A stretch of DNA of 64,000 nt from an uncultured Clostridia bacterium (GTDB lineage: Bacteria > Bacillota > Clostridia > Oscillospirales > Oscillospiraceae), in assembly GCA_947367115.1 (NCBI GenBank), contig CANBCW010000001.1, forward strand, positions 12,296 through 76,295, read 5' to 3'. The translations under genes were made by a program, and so were the position numbers. Under the pieces are notes generated by a model. That model worked only from the letters and a program-made list of their open reading frames with translations, was not told where the DNA came from and did no database searches. Positions 52,372 to 61,701 of the stretch are shown one piece after another. Each line of letters starts with the position of its first letter. Positions within the stretch are counted from its first letter, which is position 1.

Positions 52372-52509
52372 ATGGCAAAACATGAATTAAAGCTAACTTA
52401 CACCTTTATAAACCCCAACACACCAAAGGAATTCGAACGGCAGCTTCGGAAGATTTTAGTTGATAAACTTCTTTCATTACATAAGGAGAGACCTGTCTCA
52501 GCCGTCTGA
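52372..52509 (+). CDS. 45-aa protein, candidate recombination directionality factor
   Basis: RBS AAGGAGG; immediately upstream of the recombinase. Confidence 0.5.
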   Translation: MAKHELKLTYTFINPNTPKEFERQLRKILVDKLLSLHKERPVSAV

Positions 52510-52611
52510 CCAATCCATATCCCGATAAGTGCAATATATTTCCCATTCTTCTGTTTATATGATATAATCCAACCGGATATGGGTTGGTTGACAGAAAGGA
52601 GCAACCAACAA

Positions 52612-54117
52612 ATGAAAATAGCTGCCTATTGTCGCGTTTCGACAGACAAAGATGAGCAGATTGATAGTTTGATCCATCAAAAAGAATTCTTTGTAGAATA
52701 CGCAAAGCGGAACGGCCACGAATTGTTCCGGCTGTATGCCGATGAAGGTATTACCGGAACAAGCCTCAAAAAAAGAGAAGAATTCAAACGGCTTTTGCTG
52801 GATGCGGAATTGGGTCTGTTTGACATGGTGGTCGTCAAAGACATCAGCCGTTTTGCACGAAACACAGTAGATGCCCTGCAGAGCATCCGAAAGCTGAAAT
52901 CCATGGGGATCAACACATTATTTCTCACCGCTAATATGGACTCTATGGGTGATAGTGAGTTTGTCTTGACCCTGTTCAGCGCCATGGCGCAGGAAGAAAG
53001 TAATAACCTGAGTAAGCGTGTAAAATGGGGAAAAAAGATCAATGCAGAAAAGGGTCGTGTTCCTCAACGATTATTCGGATACAATCGGGTTGATAACTTC
53101 AATTTGGAAATCAATTTCGACGAAGCCCGCATCGTCCGAAAGATATTTGATCTCTACAACGAGCAGGGTTTAGGTTGTCGAACCATCAGTATGACGTTAA
53201 ACCGGGACAATGATAAAACAAAATACGGCAACGACTGGAACGCCCGTGGCGTTCGGCGTGTGTTAGTCAATCCCATTTACTGCGGCATTTTGGTTAATCA
53301 TAAATACGAAATAGAGGATTTCTTGACCGGAAAGCAAGTAAACATCCCCAAAGATGAACAATTCTATCACGAGCGCCCGTCCTGGGCTATTGTAACACCA
53401 GAAGTATTCCAAAAAGCGCAAGCAATCATGGACTCCAGACGAATCAAATATGACTCCGGCGAACCTTTCAGAGATGCCAGATACAGCTCCAAGCATGTAT
53501 TCTCAACACTGATTAAGTGCGAGCACTGCGGAAGATCCTTCACCCGAAAAACATACACCTATGTAAATACCCGGGTATACTGGCGCTGCGTTACCAACGA
53601 TCAATACACCGCCGAGAAGTGTGACAACCGCACAATCCTGGATGAACCACAGCTGATAGATGAACTCCGTAAATACTTCTCATCTTTGATAGAAGATACT
53701 GACACGTTTATTGCTAGTGTCCTCGCCAGTCTGGACAAGCAAATCCCGGAAGCTCAAAGTCCGGATCAAGCTAAAAAAGAAATTGAGGCCAGACGGAAAA
53801 AGCTGCTCGGAAAAAAGGATCGGTATCAAGAAATGTATGCCAACGATTTGATCAGCATGGCCGAACTGAAAGACAAGCTTGCGAGTATTACCGACGAACT
53901 GAAATCTGTGGATATGGATTTAGCGCAGATCGCCCAGTCAGCTCAAATCATAAGTAATGCCACAGAAATCGCTCAATACTATCGACAGGAAATCGCTCGT
54001 TTCTTAGAATTAGAAACGATCACCAACATGGATATGCGCCGCATTCTTGACCATATCTCGGTGGACAAGGATGGACACGTCCGTGTGGTCTTGAAAAAAT
54101 TTGAGGATATGACATAG
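52612..54117 (+). CDS. Large serine recombinase (integrase)
   Basis: YCRVST catalytic motif, ISRFARN, AQEES, CEHCG zinc ribbon, coiled coil. Confidence 0.95.
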   Translation: MKIAAYCRVSTDKDEQIDSLIHQKEFFVEYAKRNGHELFRLYADEGITGTSLKKREEFKRLLLDAELGLFDMVVVKDISRFARNTVDALQSIRKLKSMGINTLFLTANMDSMGDSEFVLTLFSAMAQEESNNLSKRVKWGKKINAEKGRVPQRLFGYNRVDNFNLEINFDEARIVRKIFDLYNEQGLGCRTISMTLNRDNDKTKYGNDWNARGVRRVLVNPIYCGILVNHKYEIEDFLTGKQVNIPKDEQFYHERPSWAIVTPEVFQKAQAIMDSRRIKYDSGEPFRDARYSSKHVFSTLIKCEHCGRSFTRKTYTYVNTRVYWRCVTNDQYTAEKCDNRTILDEPQLIDELRKYFSSLIEDTDTFIASVLASLDKQIPEAQSPDQAKKEIEARRKKLLGKKDRYQEMYANDLISMAELKDKLASITDELKSVDMDLAQIAQSAQIISNATEIAQYYRQEIARFLELETITNMDMRRILDHISVDKDGHVRVVLKKFEDMT

Positions 54118-54141
54118 CTCAACTTTTTCATTCTAAAACAG

Positions 54142-54215
54142 ACGTTTTAACTATTTTTACCCACGTTTTAATCACTTTTACAACCTAGCGAATTGGTGTT
54201 CACGGTGGAAGTGCT
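54142..54215. other. Putative attR region
   Basis: AT-rich imperfect direct repeats, then a switch to GC-richer coding sequence near 54200-54205. Confidence 0.55.
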
Positions 54216-54582
54216 GGATCCCATGGTTCTCAGCTCCAAAGTGAAGGAGGTCTGCGACTGTTCCTGTCAGGAACTGGCCACGCAGGTTCCCGCGGACATC
54301 CAGAATATGTTCGACGAGGAACTGATGCTGTGCAACGATCACCGCCGCCTGTTCGTCACGCTGGGTCAGTTCTCCATCATCCGTCTGGAGCGGGATGCCC
54401 AGATTATCGTGCCGGTGCTGGATTACAGCATTCCCACCAAGGAATGCTGCGACACTCCGGGCTGCTGTGCTGAGGATCCCTGTGAAATGTTCAGCCGCAT
54501 TCCCTTCCCGGAAAAGCAGTTTGTCCCCCGGAACTGCGACAAGCAGCGGGATGACCACGACAATTGTGGCTGCCAGAGCTAA
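54205..54582 (+). pseudogene. 3' half of an interrupted Cys-rich clostridial gene
   Basis: VEVLDPMVL..TLGQFSIIRLERD..DPCEMF reads as a C-terminal half; no RBS; in-frame stop at 54169. Confidence 0.6.
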
Positions 54583-54621
54583 AGTGAAACAAAACGCCGC
54601 CGGGTCTCCCCGGCGGTCTTG

Positions 54622-55230
54622 TTATTCTTTTGTGCGGTACTGCAGCTTGGACCACAGCCAGATCGCGATCTGACCCGGAATGCCCAAAAGCAGCAGCTGC
54701 CAGGATCCAATGCCGAACGCATATAATGTCAGCACCACGCTGGCCAGTCCCGTCCACATCATCAGTGAAATGATCGGGAAATTCCGCCGCCGGTTGAACC
54801 AAATCGAGTTAAACACCAGCCAAACGATCATGGAAACCGGCAGCGCGTATACGAACACAATGTAGCGAACCAACAGCGCCGGTGCGATCATATCCATCAG
54901 AACATACGCAAGAGTCGCCACGAACCACACGATCAGTATACTGAGGGTGGTGATCACGCGGTGATTCCGGCTCGGAGCTGCCACCGGTTGCTGCGCGGGA
55001 GGCGTTTCAGGCACCTCATGCTCTTCCCGAACCAGATAATCCAGCGGCACGCCGAACAGGTCAGCAATGGCCTTAAGCACGGTAATGTCCGGCAGTGACT
55101 CTGCACGCTCCCATTTGGAGATTGCCTTGTCAGAGTAGTTCAGCCGTTCCGCCAGTTCACTCTGGGTCAGCTTCGCGTTCTGGCGCAGGGCCGTTAAATT
55201 TTTCGCAATAATGGGTTTCAGATCTTCCAC
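54622..55230 (-). CDS. XRE HTH regulator with C-terminal TM domain
   Basis: LTQSELAERLNYSDKAISKWER. Confidence 0.85.
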   Translation of the reverse strand: MEDLKPIIAKNLTALRQNAKLTQSELAERLNYSDKAISKWERAESLPDITVLKAIADLFGVPLDYLVREEHEVPETPPAQQPVAAPSRNHRVITTLSILIVWFVATLAYVLMDMIAPALLVRYIVFVYALPVSMIVWLVFNSIWFNRRRNFPIISLMMWTGLASVVLTLYAFGIGSWQLLLLGIPGQIAIWLWSKLQYRTKE

Positions 55231-55342
55231 AGCTTTCCCTCTGTCTTAAGAATATATGTGTTATTGTAACACACCTTCTCCGCCAAATCAAGGGCGCGCT
55301 TGCCAAAAAAGAGCTGCCGCGTTTTGCGGCAGCTCAGGGACA

Positions 55343-56410
55343 TTATTCTTCTTCAAAGATTTCCCGCAGGATCTCCCGGTTGGCCTCGAAGTCAATGTTA
55401 TACTGGAACCAGTTCTTCAACCCATCCCGCACCTGGACATCGCCTTGGTCAAAGGTGCCGTGAGCAGGAATCTGCTGTGTTTTATATTCAGCAGAAGCAA
55501 TCATCGGGAACAGCTCCCACACCAGGCCCACGATCTCACTGTTATCCATATTCGTGGTCACCAAACCCATAATCTCTTCCAGCAGCGCCAGCATCTGATC
55601 GATTGGCTGGTTCTTGTAGGCATCAATCAGCGACATCAATACCTTGCGCTGCCGCTCCGTCCGCTGATAATCACTATCGATCTCACGCAGACGCGCATAC
55701 ATCAGCGCCGCTTCACCTGACAAGTGATTGCGTCCCGCAGTCACTTCAATCTGCTTGCCGCTTCCGTAGTAAAGATAATCGGCCTCTGCCTCGGTCAATG
55801 TGATCTCCACACCGCCCAGCAGGTCAATGATCTTTTGGAACTGTGAGAAATTCACCTCTACATTGCCATCTACCTCCACACCGAAATTGACCTTCAGCGT
55901 TTCATTCAGCAGGCTCATGCCGCCGTACTGATAAGCGTGGTTCAGTTTGTGGGGCTTGTAGCCGGGAATCTGCACATAAGCGTCGCGCATGAACGAGGTC
56001 AGCGTAACAGTTTTGGCCTCCGTATTGAAGGTCACAAGGATCATGGAGTCTGACCGCGCCCGAACCTTGGAGCTTCTGGTATCCTGACCGATGAGCAAAA
56101 TATTGATCACATGATCTGCTTTCTCCACTGGCTCTGTGATGTCAGTAGGGAACGTCACATCCTCGATGCTGGGCAGCGACTCGGACGGATCTATCGGCGA
56201 TACATCCGGATCCGTATTGAGCAGTTCCTCCAGCTCACTGGAAGAAATCGTGGATTCATTGCTGAGATCGACTCGTGGGATCTTGTTCAGCAGATAATTG
56301 ACATAAACGCCCACACAGGCGGCAAGAATCAGGATCAGCGCAAGCAGCACACAGAAAACCGTGAGCACGATCCGCTTCCACCCGCCGGGCTTTTTTTCCT
56401 TTTTATTCAT
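55343..56410 (-). CDS. LCP family protein
   Basis: NILLIGQD, RSDSMIL, SFMRD, YARLR, RTERQR. Confidence 0.9.
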   Translation of the reverse strand: MNKKEKKPGGWKRIVLTVFCVLLALILILAACVGVYVNYLLNKIPRVDLSNESTISSSELEELLNTDPDVSPIDPSESLPSIEDVTFPTDITEPVEKADHVINILLIGQDTRSSKVRARSDSMILVTFNTEAKTVTLTSFMRDAYVQIPGYKPHKLNHAYQYGGMSLLNETLKVNFGVEVDGNVEVNFSQFQKIIDLLGGVEITLTEAEADYLYYGSGKQIEVTAGRNHLSGEAALMYARLREIDSDYQRTERQRKVLMSLIDAYKNQPIDQMLALLEEIMGLVTTNMDNSEIVGLVWELFPMIASAEYKTQQIPAHGTFDQGDVQVRDGLKNWFQYNIDFEANREILREIFEEE

Positions 56411-56513
56411 TTCGGTACATACTTCCTTGTGATAGGTCTAGGTCATGCGGAATTCATCAGCAAATGCTAACTTATTCTATCAACTTGCCTACCAGCTTGT
56501 CAAGTCCTCACCG

Positions 56514-56696
56514 TCACATGACGTATGGAATTTCTCCGTTCCAGCCACACCTTGCAGCAGATGGAACGCTGTTCGCTTCAACAGGTTCCACCCGGGTCAC
56601 CGTATTGTCCGTTCTCTCCCAGGCAGACGCGTCCGGAGCGCAGGCCACGATGCATATTGCCAGCAGAATTGCCAAAATAACAACCATAATTTTCAT
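56514..56696 (-). CDS. Small putative lipoprotein
   Basis: IVAC lipobox; RBS GAGGTG. Confidence 0.45.
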   Translation of the reverse strand: MKIMVVILAILLAICIVACAPDASAWERTDNTVTRVEPVEANSVPSAARCGWNGEIPYVM

Positions 56697-56955
56697 AGTT
56701 CGTCACCTCGTTTGCTTGTCGTCAGTTGCTATTTCCTTCCACATCTATATTTTACCATATCCTTATCCGCAGTCAAGGAACAAATGATTACAGTTCAGAT
56801 ACAGTTTGTAACCCCTTGATGACAAAAAAGTAACATCCTTCAAAGAAAATTTAGAATTACTGCCCGGCCAACGGTGGACAAGCGACGGGATTTGTGGTAT
56901 ATTTTATGGTAATATATTATGTCCGTGGAATCCATTCCCGGATATCAGAGGAGAT

Positions 56956-57633
56956 TTGGAGAAAATGGGCAAACTGATCGTAATTGAAGGAACCGACGGT
57001 TCCGGAAAGTCCACCCAGTTCCAGCTTTTGACCCAGCGCCTGACTCGAGAAAACCGGGCTTTTAAGCGTCTGGAATTTCCCCGGTATGCCGAGCCCAGCT
57101 CCGCACTGATTCGGATGTATCTTGGCGGCGAGTTTGGCTCACATCCCTCGGATGTAAACAGCTACGCGGCCTCCACCTTCTATGCGATCGACCGCTACGC
57201 ATCCTACAAGCAGGATTGGGGGCAGTGGTATGAGCAGGGCGGCTTGGTGCTTTCTGCCCGTTACACCACCTCGAATGCCGTCCACCAGGCTTCCAAGGAG
57301 CAGGGTGAACAGCAGGCAGAGTTTTTGAAGTGGCTCTATGATTTTGAATACGACCGGTTAGGTCTGCCCAGACCCGACCTGACGATTTATCTGGACGTGC
57401 CCACGGACTTCACCGAAAAGCTCATGCGCCGCCGGGAGCAGGATACCAATACGCAGGCAGATATTCACGAGAAAGACTCTGACTATCTGGCCGCCTGCCG
57501 CCGCACCGGACGTGCCGCCGCGCAGTTCTACGGCTGGACGGTCATTGAATGCGTAAAAGACGGCATCATGCGCTCCATCGATGAAATCCACGAAGATATC
57601 TATGCCCATGTGGCAAAGCTGCTGGAGGAATAA
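56956..57633 (+). CDS. tmk: Thymidylate kinase
   Basis: IEGTDGSGKSTQ, FPRY, LPRPDLTIYLD. Confidence 0.88.
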   Translation: MEKMGKLIVIEGTDGSGKSTQFQLLTQRLTRENRAFKRLEFPRYAEPSSALIRMYLGGEFGSHPSDVNSYAASTFYAIDRYASYKQDWGQWYEQGGLVLSARYTTSNAVHQASKEQGEQQAEFLKWLYDFEYDRLGLPRPDLTIYLDVPTDFTEKLMRRREQDTNTQADIHEKDSDYLAACRRTGRAAAQFYGWTVIECVKDGIMRSIDEIHEDIYAHVAKLLEE

Positions 57634-57636
57634 CGT

Positions 57637-58179
57637 ATGGTTTATGTATTGCTGGGAACCGGCTTTGAAGAGACCGAAGCCATCGCCCCGATTGACCTGC
57701 TCCGCCGCGCGGGAATCCCCACACTGACCGTAGGCGTGGAGAGTAAGACCGTCGTTGGCGGCCACAATATCGCTGTAGAAGCCGATATCACCCTTGGCGA
57801 AATGGATCTGACAGAGCTGGACATGATCGTCCTCCCCGGCGGTCTTGGCGGTGTTGCCACCGTCCGTAAAAGCGAAGCCGCTCTGGATGCCCTGCGTTTC
57901 GCGTGGGAGAATGACAAATTCGTAGCCGCCATCTGCGCAGGCCCTACCGTGCTGGCGGATCTGAACATCACCGATGGCAGACAGGCCACCTGCTATCCCG
58001 GCTGTGAAACCGGAATGGGAAGTGCGCAAATGGTGGCGGATATGCCCTGCGTCCGGGACGGAAAGCTCATCACCGGTACTTCTGCCGGCTGTGCCATTCC
58101 CTTCGGCCTGATGCTCATTGAAGCCCTGAAGGGAGCCGGCGAAGCGGAGCGTATCGCCAAGCAGATTGTGATCCGCTGA
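57637..58179 (+). CDS. DJ-1/PfpI (ThiJ/YajL) family protein
   Basis: GFEETE, LPGG, AAICAGP, TCYPG. Confidence 0.9.
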   Translation: MVYVLLGTGFEETEAIAPIDLLRRAGIPTLTVGVESKTVVGGHNIAVEADITLGEMDLTELDMIVLPGGLGGVATVRKSEAALDALRFAWENDKFVAAICAGPTVLADLNITDGRQATCYPGCETGMGSAQMVADMPCVRDGKLITGTSAGCAIPFGLMLIEALKGAGEAERIAKQIVIR

Positions 58180-58193
58180 CAGGAGGAAACACT

Positions 58194-59720
58194 ATGGACG
58201 AAAATAAACTGCCGGACCAGCTGTCCGACGACAAATGGCTGGAAGAGTTTCTGGCTGCCCCTTATCTGGGTGCGGAGATCGGTGTGGACGAACAGGCCAT
58301 CGCTGCCGCAGGTCTGACACATCCGTCCGATCTGGAGCTTGAGAAAATCATGCAGGAGGTTCTCAGCGAAGTGCAGGCCGAGGAAGCAGCGCAGAACCCG
58401 TCGCCTGCCCCGGCTGCTCCGCAGCCTCAGACCGAATCCGCCCCCCCTGCGGAGCCGGAAACGTTCAAGGATGACGAATTCCGCGCCACCTTTGGTGAGG
58501 GCGAGAGCCTGAATCAGATCTTTAGCGACCAGCCCATTGCCCCTGCCCCCAAAGAGGAGCCTGCCCCCGCTCCCGCGGAAGAGAAAGAGGAGGAACTGCC
58601 TGTGGAAAAGGGCCGCCCAAAGAAAAAGAAGGGCTACGGCCTGCTGGGTCTGCCGCATCTGGCCGCCACGATCATCTGGCTGGTGATCATCATTGCGATT
58701 GGCGTATCCGTGGGTCGTTTGGCCTGGCTGTGCGCCGCGGATGTGCTGGCACTGGGGCGCGAGCCGATCACGACCACTGTGACCATCGAACAGGGCGACA
58801 GTATCGAGACGATTGCCCAAAAGCTGAAGGATGCGGGTCTGATCAAGTACACCGGCCTGTTCAAGTTCTACGCTGACTTCACTGAGGCACAGGAGAAGAT
58901 CAAACCCGGCACCTACACCTTCAACGCCATCAACGAGGATGGCGAGACCATTGTCTATGACTATATGGCTCTGGTGTCTGTCATGTCTCCCCGCAGCAGC
59001 GGTCTGGTTGTCGTTGAGGAGCTGCGTATTCCCGAAGGCTACACCTGCGCGCAGATCTTCCAGCTGCTTGAAGAAAAGAATGTTTGTACCGTGGCCGAGC
59101 TGGAAGAATACGCCGCCAATGGCGAACTGGATGCATACTGGTTCCTGGACGGTGTGGAGCGCGGTGACAAATACTGTCTGGAAGGTTACCTGTTCCCCAA
59201 CACCTACGACTTCTACGAAAACGACAATCCTGAACGCGTGCTCGAAAAGATGCTTGATGCCTTTGATGCCGCGTTCACCGATGTAATGAAGCAGAATCTG
59301 GAAGAGCTGAAGGGCTATGACATCCGTCAGGCCATCATTATCGCCTCCATGATTGAAAAGGAGACTGCCAACACAGCCGAAAGCTTTACTGTCTCCTCCG
59401 TTATTTATAACCGCCTGAACCACTCCAGTGAGTATCCCTACCTGAACATCGACGCAACGATCATATACGCGCTGGGCGGCAAATCCGACCTGACCGATGA
59501 AGATCTGAAGATCGACAGTCCCTATAACACCTACACCAATAAAGGACTGCCCCCCGGCCCCATTTCTAACCCCAGCCAGAACAGCATCGCTGCCGCTCTG
59601 GATCCGGAGGATACCGACTATTACTACTACGCCTTTGACCCCAGCACCAACGCGCACCACTTCTCCAAGACCTACAAGGAGCATCAGGCCTTCCTGGACA
59701 GTCTGAAGGAGGACGAATGA
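58194..59720 (+). CDS. mltG: Endolytic transglycosylase MltG
   Basis: IPEG, LEGYLFP, ASMIEKE, SPYNTY, GLPPGPISNP. Confidence 0.9.
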   Translation: MDENKLPDQLSDDKWLEEFLAAPYLGAEIGVDEQAIAAAGLTHPSDLELEKIMQEVLSEVQAEEAAQNPSPAPAAPQPQTESAPPAEPETFKDDEFRATFGEGESLNQIFSDQPIAPAPKEEPAPAPAEEKEEELPVEKGRPKKKKGYGLLGLPHLAATIIWLVIIIAIGVSVGRLAWLCAADVLALGREPITTTVTIEQGDSIETIAQKLKDAGLIKYTGLFKFYADFTEAQEKIKPGTYTFNAINEDGETIVYDYMALVSVMSPRSSGLVVVEELRIPEGYTCAQIFQLLEEKNVCTVAELEEYAANGELDAYWFLDGVERGDKYCLEGYLFPNTYDFYENDNPERVLEKMLDAFDAAFTDVMKQNLEELKGYDIRQAIIIASMIEKETANTAESFTVSSVIYNRLNHSSEYPYLNIDATIIYALGGKSDLTDEDLKIDSPYNTYTNKGLPPGPISNPSQNSIAAALDPEDTDYYYYAFDPSTNAHHFSKTYKEHQAFLDSLKEDE

Positions 59721-60934
59721 GAAAGTTAGAGCTTCTATCCCCCGCCGGTGATATGGAACGGCTGCGGATGTCCGTGCTCTACGGTGCCGACGCAGTCTAC
59801 CTTGCCGGTACAGACTTTGGAATGCGTTCCTTCGCCGGGAATTTCTCGGCGGAGGAGCTTCCCCGGGCCGTGGAATTTGCCCACAGCCACGGTGTCAAGG
59901 TTCATGTCACCGTCAACACCATGCCCCGCAACGATGAAGTCATTGCGCTGCCCGCTTATCTGGAGCGGCTGGATGATGCCGGGGTAGACGCGCTGATCGT
60001 CGCCGATCTGGGTGCGTTTACGCTGGCCGGAAAATACGCACCCCGGTGTGAACGCCATGTATCCACCCAGCAGTCCATTGCCAACTACGAATGTGCAACT
60101 GCGTGGTACGATTTGGGCGCAAAAAGAGTGGTTTTGGCTAGAGAATTGAGCCTTTCTGAAATAATCGGCATCCGCGAAAAATGTCCGAAAGAGCTGGAGA
60201 TTGAAACCTTTGGTCACGGTGCCATGTGCGTCAGCTACTCCGGCCGGTGCCTTCTGAGCAACTACATGACCGGCCGGGATTCCAACCGGGGTGCCTGCGC
60301 CCAGCCATGCCGTTACCAGTACGCTCTGATGGAGGAAAAGCGCCCCGGGGAATATTTCCCTGTCTTTGAAGACGAAAAGGGTACTTACATTCTCAACTCT
60401 CGGGATATGTGCATGATCGACCACCTTGACGATCTGATGGACGCAGGTATTGACTGCATCAAGATCGAGGGGCGAGCCAAATCCGCCTACTACGCCGCCA
60501 TCGTCACCGGCGCTTACCGCCATTGCATTGATGATATCGCCGCAGGCCGCCTTCTGGATCCGACATGGCGCGACGAAGTAGAGCACGTTTCCCATCGAAT
60601 CTACTCCACCGGATTCTATTATGGCCATCCCGGGCAGTATACGGAAAATTCACGGTACATCCGGGAATGGCAGATCTGTGCCATTGTGGAAAGCTGCGAC
60701 GAAAACGGTCTTGCTCTTTGCAGCCTGCGCAACAAATTCGCCGCAGGTGATGCTTTGGAGGCCGTAGGCCCTGATCTGCGCCCCTTCCCGGTGACGGCTG
60801 CGCATATGACTGGCATGGATGGCGTGCCTCTGGATGAGCCCAGAACGCCCCAGATGAAGTTCTGTCTTCCCCTTCCCAAGCAGGTTCCTCCCTACACCAT
60901 TTTGCGCAGATGTGTCGATCTGTCCGCTAAATAA
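59717..60934 (+). CDS. U32-family protein (TrhP-like)
   Basis: ELLSPAG, HGAMCVSYSGRC, NRGACAQPCR, KIEGR. Confidence 0.9.
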   Translation: MRKLELLSPAGDMERLRMSVLYGADAVYLAGTDFGMRSFAGNFSAEELPRAVEFAHSHGVKVHVTVNTMPRNDEVIALPAYLERLDDAGVDALIVADLGAFTLAGKYAPRCERHVSTQQSIANYECATAWYDLGAKRVVLARELSLSEIIGIREKCPKELEIETFGHGAMCVSYSGRCLLSNYMTGRDSNRGACAQPCRYQYALMEEKRPGEYFPVFEDEKGTYILNSRDMCMIDHLDDLMDAGIDCIKIEGRAKSAYYAAIVTGAYRHCIDDIAAGRLLDPTWRDEVEHVSHRIYSTGFYYGHPGQYTENSRYIREWQICAIVESCDENGLALCSLRNKFAAGDALEAVGPDLRPFPVTAAHMTGMDGVPLDEPRTPQMKFCLPLPKQVPPYTILRRCVDLSAK

Positions 60935-60940
60935 TGTGAC

Positions 60941-60970
60941 CACGGCTGCCGTTCCGGCAGCCGTGGTTTT
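60941..60970 (+). terminator. Intrinsic terminator
   Basis: CCACGGCTGCCG-TTC-CGGCAGCCGTGG-TTTT. Confidence 0.7.
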
Positions 60971-61053
60971 GCTCGATAGCTTGCAAAAAAAGTCAGAGCC
61001 TGCTGCTTTTGGTCGTAAGCAACAGGCTCTGGTTTTCAGAAGCCGTTATGTAA

Positions 61054-61428
61054 TTACAACTCCTGACGACGCTGAAGCACCATATTCTGCAAATGGTCCA
61101 GCGTTTCCCGCGTCACCTCAGGGCGGCTCAAAAGTGCCGAAAATAATCCCTCCAACTCGGGTTTGTAGCGATGGCTGAAGATCGTAGCGGCATAGTATTC
61201 CTCTCGGGTCAAGGTCGGAACAAAAGTCCTGCCATAAGTCTTGCTGCGGCGCACAAAACCGGCTTCCCGGATCACGCCTTTCTGCAGAAGACCATTTAAA
61301 AGAATATGAACGGAACTGTCTTTCCAGGACTTCTCTTCCCCATGTTCCAACAGATCGGCACGGGACAGGGGAGCTTGTTTGCCCCAAAGGACATCCATGA
61401 TCTCCATTTCACTTTTGGTCAATTCCAT
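61054..61428 (-). CDS. BlaI/MecI/CopY family repressor
   Basis: LTKSEMEIMDVLW, W..SSV..LL..L..KG. Confidence 0.85.
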   Translation of the reverse strand: MELTKSEMEIMDVLWGKQAPLSRADLLEHGEEKSWKDSSVHILLNGLLQKGVIREAGFVRRSKTYGRTFVPTLTREEYYAATIFSHRYKPELEGLFSALLSRPEVTRETLDHLQNMVLQRRQEL

Positions 61429-61656
61429 CTCAATCCCTCCCAACATTGGATATATTATACACATTTTGGCAGGAAATGTCAATTGGTCTGGCAAAGAATT
61501 TCCATAAATGTCTTTACCAATCCTTTGCGGGATTCATGTTTTTCTCAAAAAATCTTTCGTTTCCCCCTATTTTTTATAGGGAATCATTTCCTTTTCGACA
61601 TTATTCCTCACGGAAAAATTTTTTGAATTTTAACTGAAACACCATCAAGAAAATAC

Positions 61657-61693
61657 AAAATAAGCCCTGTTCAGCGTGAACAGGGCTTATTTT
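61657..61693. terminator. Bidirectional terminator
   Basis: AAAATAAGCCCTGTTCA-GCG-TGAACAGGGCTTATTTT. Confidence 0.75.
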
Positions 61694-61701
61694 GTCTATA
61701 T

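Larger units (their letters stand above)
1..54204 (+). mobile_element. Integrative conjugative element (right portion; left end outside window)
   Basis: Relaxase, MobC, VirD4, VirB4, PrgI and VirB6-like genes; terminal large serine recombinase; abrupt switch to a 5'-truncated host gene and housekeeping genes after ~54,200. Confidence 0.9.

Noticed and set aside
54193..54582. Intact 129-aa gene starting at TTG
   Set aside because: No RBS, and it begins at the AT/GC transition; better explained as a truncated 3' fragment.
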